This document shows, one piece after another, positions 1 through 8,382 of a stretch of 60,080 nucleotides of DNA. The stretch's first letter is position 1, and each line of letters opens with the position of its first letter. The stretch comes from Minisyncoccia bacterium (GTDB lineage: Bacteria; Patescibacteriota; Minisyncoccia; Phycocordibacterales; Phycocordibacteraceae): contig JBBRPE010000002.1 in the NCBI GenBank assembly GCA_038228545.1, forward strand, positions 88,426-148,505, given 5' to 3'. The notes beneath the pieces were generated by a model that did no database searches, was not told the DNA's origin, and worked only from the letters and a program-made list of their open reading frames with translations. The position numbers and the translations under genes are program-made.

Positions 1-2
1 TT

Positions 3-1154
3 CGTACGGTCTCGTATGAATACCGAAATATTGAATATACGATAGTAAAAGACGACCGCCGAAAGCCGAAAGAGGTCCGCCGTTCAACGGTACCGCAACA
101 AGTTGCAGAACTTCCCCTTGATGAGTTTTACATCAATAAAAGCGATAATTTAAACCCTCGTTATACATTTGACACGTTTGTTGTGGGGGCATTTAACGAA
201 CTCGCATATACCGCTGCCATGGCGGCAATACAGCGTCCTGGTATTACGTACAACCCATTCTTTATTTACGGCGATACCGGTCGTGGAAAGACACACCTTA
301 TCCAAGCGATAGGAAATCAGTACAAAAAGTTGTACCCGAACCGAAAAGTGTTTTACCTCACGAGTGAGAAGTTTGGCACTGACTACACCGATTCGCTTCA
401 GGCGGGAACCGCAAATAGGTTCAAAGAAAAATACCGTCAGTACGATCTCCTTATTATGGATGATGTTCAATTTCTCTCTAAAAAAGAGAAAATGCAGGAG
501 GAATTGTTCCATCTTTTTAATTCGTTATACGACAACAACAAACAAATTATTTTCTCAAGTGATAGGGCCCCTGCATCTATTGCTGATATAGCCGACCGAC
601 TTCGTGGACGTTTTCAGAGCGGTATGACGGTAGATATTGCTGAACCGGACTTAGAGTCTCGTATGTCTATTGTTCGTAAGAAGGCAGCTATTCATGGTGT
701 ATTGCTCTCTGATGAAGTTGTAGAGCACGTAGCAACATCTATTTCAGGCTCTATTCGTGAGCTTGAGGGCGTTATTAACTCAATTGTGTGCCACACCCAA
801 GTAAAAGGTGTTCCACCGGATTTGGCAGAGGTTCGACAGTCGCTTCGTTCGTTCTCACGTCCGGCTAAGACAGTATCAGTGAAGCATGTTGTTTCTAAAG
901 TTGCTGAGTTTTATGGAATAGATGAAGAAAGTATCTATGAAAAGACTCGCAGAAGGGAGGTGGTGCGCCCGCGACAGGTGATTATGTACATCCTGCGTGA
1001 AGATTTTAGTGTTTCGTATCCAACTATCGGCAGTAAACTTGGTGGGCGCGACCACACAACTGTTATTCACTCATGTGAGAAGGTGAAGCGGGAAGTTATT
1101 GAAGACTCTGAACTCGCTAAAGAGATTCAGGACATACGAGGACTGTTGGTATAG
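3..1154 (+). CDS. dnaA: Chromosomal replication initiator DnaA, 5'-truncated by the window edge
   Basis: Frame is open from nt 3 (..LNPRYTFDTFVVG..) upstream of the tracked GTG at 183. Walker A GDTGRGKTHL, Walker B LLIMDDVQF, C-terminal DNA-binding helix GGRDHTTVIHSCEKV. dnaN follows. Confidence 0.95.
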   Translation, partial: RTVSYEYRNIEYTIVKDDRRKPKEVRRSTVPQQVAELPLDEFYINKSDNLNPRYTFDTFVVGAFNELAYTAAMAAIQRPGITYNPFFIYGDTGRGKTHLIQAIGNQYKKLYPNRKVFYLTSEKFGTDYTDSLQAGTANRFKEKYRQYDLLIMDDVQFLSKKEKMQEELFHLFNSLYDNNKQIIFSSDRAPASIADIADRLRGRFQSGMTVDIAEPDLESRMSIVRKKAAIHGVLLSDEVVEHVATSISGSIRELEGVINSIVCHTQVKGVPPDLAEVRQSLRSFSRPAKTVSVKHVVSKVAEFYGIDEESIYEKTRRREVVRPRQVIMYILREDFSVSYPTIGSKLGGRDHTTVIHSCEKVKREVIEDSELAKEIQDIRGLLV

Positions 1155-1380
1155 GTGGGGATAGCCTGTTAAGAACATATGAAAAACTTTCTAAAAACTC
1201 TGGGGACAACAAGCCAAAATGTGATGGTTATCCACAACCTCTCACGTACGGTTTCTTCTGTCCCCACCAGCTATGTAGGGTTTTCAACAGGTAGTTCGAT
1301 TGAAGCACCTCAAGAAAGCCTTACAGCAGGCCATGAAATAGACTTATCCCGATACTCACAGCCCTAATAATAGTATTAGT
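1155..1380. promoter_or_regulatory. dnaA-dnaN intergenic region with DnaA boxes and an AT-rich tract (candidate oriC segment)
   Basis: Perfect TTATCCACA at 1228-1236. Three 7/9 relatives share TGGGGAYA (1156-1164 and 1201-1209 on +, 1258-1266 on -). AT-rich 'taataatagtattagtat' lies just before the dnaN ATG. Confidence 0.5.
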
Positions 1381-2481
1381 ATGATTATCACTTTAGGAAA
1401 GAAAGAATTCTCTGAGGCTGTTAATACCGTCTCGAGATTTGCTGAACGAAGAAGCGCGACACTCCCTGTTCTCTCAGGAATAGCCATAATCGCTGGAGAC
1501 GATGGTATTAAATTACGTGCAACGAATTTAGAGACCGGTATTGATTTGCGAGTAGAAGGAACAATTAAAGAAGCCGGTGTTATAGCACTTCCCGCTATTG
1601 TATTGCGAGAAATAACATCTTCTTTTACTGGTACTGGTGCGATGACACTTGAATATGCAGGTGAGACCGTCGTTATAACCTCAGATAGTGGCAAGAGCAC
1701 CCTTAAAACTCTTCCCTATGAGGATTTCCCAGTGTTACCACTTCCTGACGCCCCTAAGGCCAATTTCTCGCTCTCTGGAGACGCTCTACGTAGTCTTGTG
1801 GGTGCTGTTGTGTCGTGTGCTTCAACATCTACTGTGCGTCCGGAGCTCGCGAGTGTCCTTATTTCAGCTGAGGGTGGAGTTTTAAAGGCCGTTGCGACCG
1901 ATTCATTCCGTCTTGCTGAAAAACGCTCAAGTATTTCTGGTTCACTTCCTCCATTCTCGATACTTATACCTGCCAAGAACGCAGTAGACATACTCCAAGC
2001 CCTTCCTGAAGGCGACATCTCAATTTCCCTTGATGACCACCAATGTGCTTTTTCATGGAAAGAAGGTGTTGTGACAACACGCCTTGTTGCAAACTCCTAT
2101 CCTGACTACACACAAATAATTCCAAAATCTTTTGTTACTGAAGCGACTGTATTACGAAAAGATTTTGAATCAGGGCTTCGTCGTGTAGCAGTCTTCTCCG
2201 ACGCATTTCAAAAAGTCCGTATCGCACTTTCACCCAAAGACAAAACACTAGCGCTTGCAGCACGTAATAACGACATAGGAGAATCAAACGAGCGTCTTGC
2301 CGCATCTGTAATAGGTGAAGAAATTGAAATGTCGTTTAATCATCGCTATCTTTCATCACCTCTCTCCCTCATACCAGCCGACAGCATTACTATCTCAGCA
2401 AGTGGAATAGGACGCGCGGCAGTTATACGGGGTGCTGGAGATACTTCATTCTTGTATCTTGTGATGCCAATGAATCAATAG
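1381..2481 (+). CDS. dnaN: DNA polymerase III beta sliding clamp
   Basis: 366 aa, directly after dnaA. Three-domain clamp length, typical N-terminus (..FSEAVNTVSRFAERRSATLPVLSGI..) and C-terminus (FLYLVMPM). Confidence 0.93.
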   Translation: MIITLGKKEFSEAVNTVSRFAERRSATLPVLSGIAIIAGDDGIKLRATNLETGIDLRVEGTIKEAGVIALPAIVLREITSSFTGTGAMTLEYAGETVVITSDSGKSTLKTLPYEDFPVLPLPDAPKANFSLSGDALRSLVGAVVSCASTSTVRPELASVLISAEGGVLKAVATDSFRLAEKRSSISGSLPPFSILIPAKNAVDILQALPEGDISISLDDHQCAFSWKEGVVTTRLVANSYPDYTQIIPKSFVTEATVLRKDFESGLRRVAVFSDAFQKVRIALSPKDKTLALAARNNDIGESNERLAASVIGEEIEMSFNHRYLSSPLSLIPADSITISASGIGRAAVIRGAGDTSFLYLVMPMNQ

Positions 2482-2554
2482 TCTGCCACACAGATTACTG
2501 ATGTTGTGAGCAAGGTCGGTTAAATCACCAAGTGGTCTACACTCCAGTCGCTAC

Positions 2555-4738
2555 CTACTGGCCCCCAATGTCACTACCATCAATACCAATATTTGTCGTA
2601 GTTCCGTTTCCGACTACTGTAGTTGCTCCACCATTCCAGAATTGAACAGGATACTCCCAACGAGCAAGCTGAGGATCGGACGCATTACCAGGAGTCCCGT
2701 TTTGTGGGTCGTCTTTATTTACCCAATAGAGGATGTCATGCACTCCTGAAGCACCGACGTACGAGCCCTGAAGAGCTGCTGGTGCTGTAGCTGGAATACC
2801 CGGAGGCTCAGGGAAATAGCTCGCTGGATATTTCTTAAGTGCTTCGGCCATAAAGGCATGCCACATTGGTGCAACCACATACCCAGCGATTTCCTTCACC
2901 ATGGGAGTGTTGTTATTGTTTCCTGCCCAGGTGCCAACAACAATGTCTGGTGAGTAACCGACGGTCCACACATCGCGATAGTCGTTGGTTGTACCGGTCT
3001 TCGCCGCCACATCATAATTTGAGAAGTGGAGAGGATTGTCTGCTGAATATTCCGGGAAGCGCGCTTCGTTGTTGGAGAGCATTGCATTCATTTCATTTGC
3101 TACGTCAGGATCGAGCACTTGTGTTGGCTGCTCTTTGTACTCTTCAAGAAGTTTTCCGTTGTTATCAGTCACTGAAAGTATCCCGGTTGGAGGATTTCGG
3201 ATACCACTATCTGCAAACACTCCATATGCACTTGTGAGATCAAGAAGGCGCACCTCAGCCGCGCCAAGTGCGAGTGAAAGTCCATACTGTTTTGCGTTTC
3301 CGAGGGTTGTTATTCCGAGGGATGTCGCAAGATTAATAACATTCTGAATACCAGCAAGGTACATCGTCTTTACAGCCGGCACGTTTATGGACTGAGCAAG
3401 TGCTGTTGTGAAAGTCATGGGACCACGGAACTTATCGTCAAAGTTAGAGGGTGCGTAGCAGGGCGGAGTGTCGTTGTGATTATCCGTAACACCACACGCG
3501 GTTGAGAATTGAGTAGGAAGATCGAACACAATAGTCTGAGGTGTGTATCCTTTGAGAAGAGCGGTAGTGTACACAAAGGGCTTAAATGAAGAGCCCGGCT
3601 GCCTGAGAGCCAGTGCATCGTTATAACTTCCTTGTACCGCGTCGTCAAAATAATTACGCGAACCAACCATAGAAAGTATCTGTCCGGTCTTTGGGTCTAT
3701 CGCAACAAGAGCCGCATTACTTGCATTGAATTTCTGCTGATTCGCGAGTGCATACTGACTCACAATAGATTCGGCGGTGTGCTGAAGATCTATATCAAGC
3801 GTTGTAACAACACCAAGACCCTGATTAACCGCGTCAGGCCCGTATTTGTCTTCAAGGTACTGCTCGATATAAAACACAAAATGAGGAGCGATAATAGACC
3901 CGTTTTGCTGAGGGTTAAACGCCACCACCTCAGTCTTTGCTTGTTGATATTGAACATCAGTTATATATCCAAGCTCTTTCATGCGTGAAAGAACAACGTT
4001 TTTACGCGCATCAAGAAGCTGTCTGTTTTGGCCATACGGGGAATAACGCGATGGCGCCTGTGGGAGAGCTGCGATGTATGCAGCCTCCGCCAGGTCCACG
4101 TCCTTCGATGACTTACCGAAGAAGGCGCGACTTGCAGCCTCGACGCCGTAGAGTGTTCCACCATACGGAGTGTCGTTCAGATAAAAACTAAGAATTTCAT
4201 CTTTCGTGTATCGTTGCTCAAGCTTAATGGCGAGAATCCACTCATGCACCTTTCGGGTAATACTTTTCTGTCCTGTAAGCAAACTGTTTTTAACTACCTG
4301 CTGGGTGAGTGTGGAGCCACCCTGATCAAATGAACCACGCGTTAAATCAACAAAAATGGAACGAAGAATTCCCATGATACTTATGCCACCATGCTGATAG
4401 AAATTTGAATCCTCAATAGAGATTGAGGCCTGTTTTATATACGGAGAAATATCCTCAAGCGGCACTTGGTTGCGGCGCACGTCACGGTTGAGGTCGTAGA
4501 GAATTGTTTTCCCAGTACGATCGTATATTTTTGTCGATTGTGTGACCTTACGAGTATCAAACGAATCAAGTCCTGGAGTCGGCGTAAGGGCAATCCAAAC
4601 AAGACCGATTGCTCCGATAAATAAGACAGTCCCAACTCCCATGAAAACCACCTTCAGGACAGGGTGGGGGTCCCGCAAGTGCTTACGTATGGATTTCAGA
4701 AAACGCTGAAAACGTGTCGAACGTGGCATTGTCGCCAT
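2555..4738 (-). CDS. Class A penicillin-binding protein (PBP1A-type transglycosylase/transpeptidase)
   Basis: N-terminal TM helix; GT51 motifs EDSNFYQHGGI and GGSTLTQQ; transpeptidase SSFKP and KTGTT motifs. Confidence 0.92.
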   Translation of the reverse strand: MATMPRSTRFQRFLKSIRKHLRDPHPVLKVVFMGVGTVLFIGAIGLVWIALTPTPGLDSFDTRKVTQSTKIYDRTGKTILYDLNRDVRRNQVPLEDISPYIKQASISIEDSNFYQHGGISIMGILRSIFVDLTRGSFDQGGSTLTQQVVKNSLLTGQKSITRKVHEWILAIKLEQRYTKDEILSFYLNDTPYGGTLYGVEAASRAFFGKSSKDVDLAEAAYIAALPQAPSRYSPYGQNRQLLDARKNVVLSRMKELGYITDVQYQQAKTEVVAFNPQQNGSIIAPHFVFYIEQYLEDKYGPDAVNQGLGVVTTLDIDLQHTAESIVSQYALANQQKFNASNAALVAIDPKTGQILSMVGSRNYFDDAVQGSYNDALALRQPGSSFKPFVYTTALLKGYTPQTIVFDLPTQFSTACGVTDNHNDTPPCYAPSNFDDKFRGPMTFTTALAQSINVPAVKTMYLAGIQNVINLATSLGITTLGNAKQYGLSLALGAAEVRLLDLTSAYGVFADSGIRNPPTGILSVTDNNGKLLEEYKEQPTQVLDPDVANEMNAMLSNNEARFPEYSADNPLHFSNYDVAAKTGTTNDYRDVWTVGYSPDIVVGTWAGNNNNTPMVKEIAGYVVAPMWHAFMAEALKKYPASYFPEPPGIPATAPAALQGSYVGASGVHDILYWVNKDDPQNGTPGNASDPQLARWEYPVQFWNGGATTVVGNGTTTNIGIDGSDIGGQ

Positions 4739-4774
4739 GCTACCACGAAGAAGGCCCCTTTCGGGGCCGTTCTA

Positions 4775-4894
4775 CTAGGATTCCTCCTCTTCATCGATAC
4801 TGTTTGCTATTGGGTCGTCGCCGACAGTATCATCGTCTGCATCTTCTTCCTCATCGAGCTCCTCAGGGTCCATTTCCTTCATGTCATCATCCAT
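4775..4894 (-). CDS. Possible 39-aa highly acidic small protein, below the ORF-track cut-off
   Basis: Hand translation gives MDDDMKEMDPEELDEEEDADDDTVGDDPIANSIDEEEES*. It lies between ruvC and the PBP gene on the same strand and is followed by the hairpin GGCCCC-TTTC-GGGGCC (4753-4768). No homology argument. Confidence 0.25.
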   Translation of the reverse strand: MDDDMKEMDPEELDEEEDADDDTVGDDPIANSIDEEEES

Positions 4895-4963
4895 ACAAAA
4901 TTATATTTTACGGTACTGCATCTCTATTTCATCAAAAGTCGGTTACTTTGCAAGTAACGATAT

Positions 4964-5464
4964 CTATGTGTGGGGATAGCGAATAGTAAGTCCCGCAATA
5001 GCGACGGCAATTGCATCGAGCTCATCATCAAGACGTTTTTTAATTGGAAGGGAAATCAATTTCGGAATCATAAGTCCTATTGCTTTCTTGTCTGCAGAGC
5101 CGTAGCCGGTAACCGCGAGTTTTACTTGAGCGGGTGAGAATTCGAGCACGGGAACCATACGCGCTCCCGCTGCAGCAAGTATTGCTCCACGAGCCTCAGC
5201 AACCATAAGTGCAGTCTTCTTGTTGGTACTAAAAAAAAGAGTCTCAATTGAAAGCACTGAAGGTGAATATGTGTCTAATGCTTCAATAACAGCACTATAA
5301 ATTGCAGCCAACCGCTCGTGCTGCTCACCCTTAGCGGGTAGCACACAATCACTCCATACGTGCGTGGGTTTACTCGCGTCACCCTCAATCACAGCAAGAC
5401 CGAGCCGATCGAATCCCGGGTCAACACCGAGAACACGTCTAATCTTCACTACTGGTTGTTTCAT
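4964..5464 (-). CDS. ruvC: Holliday junction resolvase RuvC
   Basis: VLGVDPGFDRLGLAVIE N-terminal RNase H-like motif and C-terminal DELDAIAVAI. Start set at the internal MKQPVV (5464) rather than the ORF start 5530, which would run deep into yebC. Confidence 0.88.
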   Translation of the reverse strand: MKQPVVKIRRVLGVDPGFDRLGLAVIEGDASKPTHVWSDCVLPAKGEQHERLAAIYSAVIEALDTYSPSVLSIETLFFSTNKKTALMVAEARGAILAAAGARMVPVLEFSPAQVKLAVTGYGSADKKAIGLMIPKLISLPIKKRLDDELDAIAVAIAGLTIRYPHT

Positions 5465-6002
5465 AGTCGCGCCCATTCGTGTACACCTGTTGCACATCCT
5501 CGTGCTCATCAAGAAGAGTAAGGATTTCACCGAGCTTCACTTCATCATCGCCACCCACGTCCACTAACGGCTCGTTCGGCGAGAACACACCAGCTGGAGA
5601 TTTCGTAAATGCCCACAAGGCGCTTCCTGGAGTACCAAGCTCGTACCCATTTTTTGTTAGAAGATGTTTCACTTCCTGAGTAGTACGGTTCTTATTATCG
5701 GTAAGAGCATCAACAATAAGAGCAACACCGCCCGGTCCATAGAACTCATACGTTACCTGCTCGAGTGAAGAAGCGTCCTTAGAATTTCCCTTAACTACCG
5801 CACGCTCGATGCTGTCCTTCGGCATATTAATAGCTTTAGCACGCTCAATAGCGGTTACGAGTCCTGGTGCGGAGAGATTACCAGCGGCCTTCTTCGCCTC
5901 AATAGTAATAAGTCGGGAGAAACGCGAGAAGGCACGACTCTTTGCTCCATCCGTGACGCCTTTCTGTCGCTGAATTTGAGACCATTTATTATGTCCTGAC
6001 AT
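5439..6002 (-). CDS. YebC/PmpR family DNA-binding regulator (short form, 187 aa)
   Basis: MSGHNKWSQIQRQKG..DGAKSR.F.. signature N-terminus; sits between ruvB and ruvC as in many bacteria. Confidence 0.85.
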   Translation of the reverse strand: MSGHNKWSQIQRQKGVTDGAKSRAFSRFSRLITIEAKKAAGNLSAPGLVTAIERAKAINMPKDSIERAVVKGNSKDASSLEQVTYEFYGPGGVALIVDALTDNKNRTTQEVKHLLTKNGYELGTPGSALWAFTKSPAGVFSPNEPLVDVGGDDEVKLGEILTLLDEHEDVQQVYTNGRDYETTSSED

Positions 6003-6004
6003 AT

Positions 6005-7021
6005 CTATGACTGTAACAAATACCGCTTACCGCTGTCAGTAAGGATGCGTCCGCGGGAAGAACGTTCAATAAATCCAAGACGGAGCAAAAAAGGCTCATA
6101 CACATTCTCTATCGTATCTGGGTCTTCGTGCATCGCGCTCGCTAGTGCACGTACACCAGCCGGCCCACCTTTAAATCCATTCCGCAAAGTATCAAGATAG
6201 CGCCTATCATCCTTAGTAAGGCCATACTCATCGATACCAAACAAACGACACGCCTCGTCACAGACGTCAGGTGTGAGAGGCTTATGGTGTACCTCACCGT
6301 AATCACGCACACGCTTCAATAATGCATTTGCAATGCGGGGAGTTGCTCGGCTCCTCGCTGCGATACGTTCGATAACCGCATCATCTGCTTGTATTGAGAG
6401 TTTCTCCGCAGATTTTTTGATAATCGCCCGAAGGTCTTCATCGCTGTAAAAATCGAGTTGGTAGACGCCACCCCCAAAACGAGAACGTAGTGGGCTAGAA
6501 AGTTGCGCCATGCGGGTTGTGGCACCCACTAGCATAAATGGAGGAAGACTAAGCTCAACCGTGCGAGCCGACGGGCCCTTACCGAGAACGATATCAAGCG
6601 AGCCTGATTCAAGTGCGGGGTAGAGAAGTTCTTCTATTTTCGTTGAAAGTTGATGGATTTCATCAATGAACAGAACAGTACCAGGCTCCAAGTTCGTAAG
6701 AATGGCAGCAAGGTCACCAGCGCGCTCAATAGCAACACCTGATGTCGACTTGAGGGGAGCATCAAGGGTGATAGCGACTAGGTGAGCGAGTGTGGTTTTG
6801 CCAACACCCGGTGGCCCATAAAAAAGGATATGCTCAGGCATACTGCCACGCATCTTGGCGGCAGTGAGAAGTACCTGGACATTCGCCTTTACATGGCCCT
6901 GACCTATATATTCGTCCCAGAGGGTAGGACGGAGAGCCGAGTCGAGGACTTGGTCGCGACCCTTGATACTCATAGTTTCCTCGTGGGGGGTACTTGACAT
7001 AAAATCGTACTGTGCTAGCAT
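6005..7021 (-). CDS. ruvB: Holliday junction branch-migration ATPase RuvB
   Basis: LRP..WDEYIGQ, Walker A GPPGVGKTTLA, Walker B LFIDEIH, C-terminal winged helix. Confidence 0.95.
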   Translation of the reverse strand: MLAQYDFMSSTPHEETMSIKGRDQVLDSALRPTLWDEYIGQGHVKANVQVLLTAAKMRGSMPEHILFYGPPGVGKTTLAHLVAITLDAPLKSTSGVAIERAGDLAAILTNLEPGTVLFIDEIHQLSTKIEELLYPALESGSLDIVLGKGPSARTVELSLPPFMLVGATTRMAQLSSPLRSRFGGGVYQLDFYSDEDLRAIIKKSAEKLSIQADDAVIERIAARSRATPRIANALLKRVRDYGEVHHKPLTPDVCDEACRLFGIDEYGLTKDDRRYLDTLRNGFKGGPAGVRALASAMHEDPDTIENVYEPFLLRLGFIERSSRGRILTDSGKRYLLQS

Positions 7022-7107
7022 TCTAACACACGAGGGTCGGCCTTGTGAGGACCTTTCTCGCAGGGCCTTTTTCTTTGCCTAGGTAGAGAAAAAACAAAAT
7101 CCCGAAT

Positions 7108-7247
7108 ACTACCCTCTAGGCAAGGCTTGACGGCTTAGGGCGTCTCCCCAAGGACCAATTGGTACCACGCTTGTACGTGGCTCGCTGACTGTCTCCTCAG
7201 GCGTTTCGCTCACCTTTCGCTTGCGAAAGGAGTGCCTGGAGGGTAGT
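7108..7247 (+). ncRNA. Candidate structured RNA of unknown family, closed by a 15-bp helix
   Basis: 7108-7122 ACTACCCTCTAGGCA pairs with 7233-7247 TGCCTGGAGGGTAGT: 14 Watson-Crick pairs plus one pair that is G-U only on the + strand. Internal hairpins are CCACG/CGTGG (7165-7180) and CCTTTCG/CGAAAGG (7213-7230). No ORF. An intrinsic terminator follows about 25 nt downstream. Confidence 0.35.
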
Positions 7248-7271
7248 GCATAGGATTTTATACGAGAAAAG

Positions 7272-7299
7272 AAAACACCCCGCGTATGCGGGGTGTTTT
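7272..7299 (+). terminator. Intrinsic terminator with no upstream + strand CDS
   Basis: AAAACACCCCGC-GTAT-GCGGGGTGTTTT followed by a T-rich run. The nearest upstream gene (ruvB) is on the opposite strand. Confidence 0.7.
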
Positions 7300-7344
7300 C
7301 TTATGGGTGTTATTGTTTCTAGGTACCAAATAACACTGTATGCC

Positions 7345-8382
7345 ATGGGTCTTAATGACATGCCACGCAAGCGAATTACTTCACTCGAAAATTCCTCGAC
7401 TCCAGAAAACACTTCGGGGCCGGAGCCAGTTACCAAAGTTGAGGTTACTTCAGAAATAACTCCCGACCGCGAGGGCCTTAGTCCTCAGGAAGAATTAGGA
7501 AAACTTGAACTTGCCCGAACGCAATTGAAACTAGTTCAGCATAGTTTAAAACTGGAGGAACGAACAGGAGAGAATGCGCGGGAAGCGCAAACGCAGGCTC
7601 GCAATCAACTCAACCAGGCATCCAGAGAAGCCATACGAACAGGTGCACTCGACACACCCGAACAGCGTGTAGACGTGTCAGCGGTAGAACATGCGGAGGG
7701 GGTCGTACACGAAGCTGACTCCTGGGCGCATGTTACCGAAACTGACCCAACCATTCGGTACGAAACAGGAGCAACCGTGGCGGAAGGTCCGTTTGCCGAT
7801 AAATTACGAAGTCTGGGAGTCGATGTAGAAAAGAATGGGACATATCTCGATGGGCACTATAACGGTCCTGTCGAATCGGCCATCGCCGCCCGACTTTCTG
7901 ACCTTGATAAGGAAATTAAAGCAAAGAAGCTTGAAATACCCGGAGGTAAAGAGGAACTTGCGGTGGAGGCGATACGTACCGACCGACTTCTTGAACCGGT
8001 ACACATTGACCGGTTTGGTATTAGTCTCGAGCGTGTTGGCTCTACGCCTGATATGCGTCCGTCTATTTCTGAAATATTTAATGACCTTTCCGCCGGGTTT
8101 TCACGGACTCGTTTCGAGCCACTACCCGTTCAGGAAGCTGTTCTCTTGCAAGTGTTAGGAGCAGTACTCGAGAAACAGGGAAGAAAGGGTATGCATGTAG
8201 ATGCACTTGAGAATGCACTTATCGACTATCTCGAGCTTCATGCGAAGCAAGGGCAACTAAAATCCTCTCATGCAGAAGAGAACCCTGTGCACGCACAAGA
8301 ACTAGCTGACACCACAAGCCAACTGAATCAATATCAACTTAAAAGAGTAAAACTAGATGACGGAGAGTACCGAATCGTTTAG
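7345..8382 (+). CDS. Hypothetical protein (coiled-coil-rich, no recognised domain)
   Basis: Long ORF. The tracked start at 7246 lies upstream of the terminator hairpin, so a downstream ATG is preferred (7345; 7303 or 7360 are alternatives). Confidence 0.55.
   Translation: MGLNDMPRKRITSLENSSTPENTSGPEPVTKVEVTSEITPDREGLSPQEELGKLELARTQLKLVQHSLKLEERTGENAREAQTQARNQLNQASREAIRTGALDTPEQRVDVSAVEHAEGVVHEADSWAHVTETDPTIRYETGATVAEGPFADKLRSLGVDVEKNGTYLDGHYNGPVESAIAARLSDLDKEIKAKKLEIPGGKEELAVEAIRTDRLLEPVHIDRFGISLERVGSTPDMRPSISEIFNDLSAGFSRTRFEPLPVQEAVLLQVLGAVLEKQGRKGMHVDALENALIDYLELHAKQGQLKSSHAEENPVHAQELADTTSQLNQYQLKRVKLDDGEYRIV

Noticed and set aside
1179-1367. 62-aa ORF between dnaA and dnaN.
   Set aside because: It lies across the DnaA-box cluster, has no ribosome-binding site and no recognisable features. 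It is more likely origin or regulatory DNA.
5439-6002. The YebC-family gene is only 187 aa; it was considered as a truncated pseudogene.
   Set aside because: The frame is intact from a canonical MSGHNKWS start to a stop that abuts or overlaps ruvC, with no frameshift remnants downstream. It is probably a naturally short form.
7108-7247. SRP (4.5S) RNA or 6S RNA assignment for the structured segment near ruvB.
   Set aside because: It lacks the conserved helix-8 GGAA tetraloop/AGCA internal-loop signature of SRP RNA. It is multi-branched rather than a single long bulged hairpin as in 4.5S or 6S RNA. Left unassigned.
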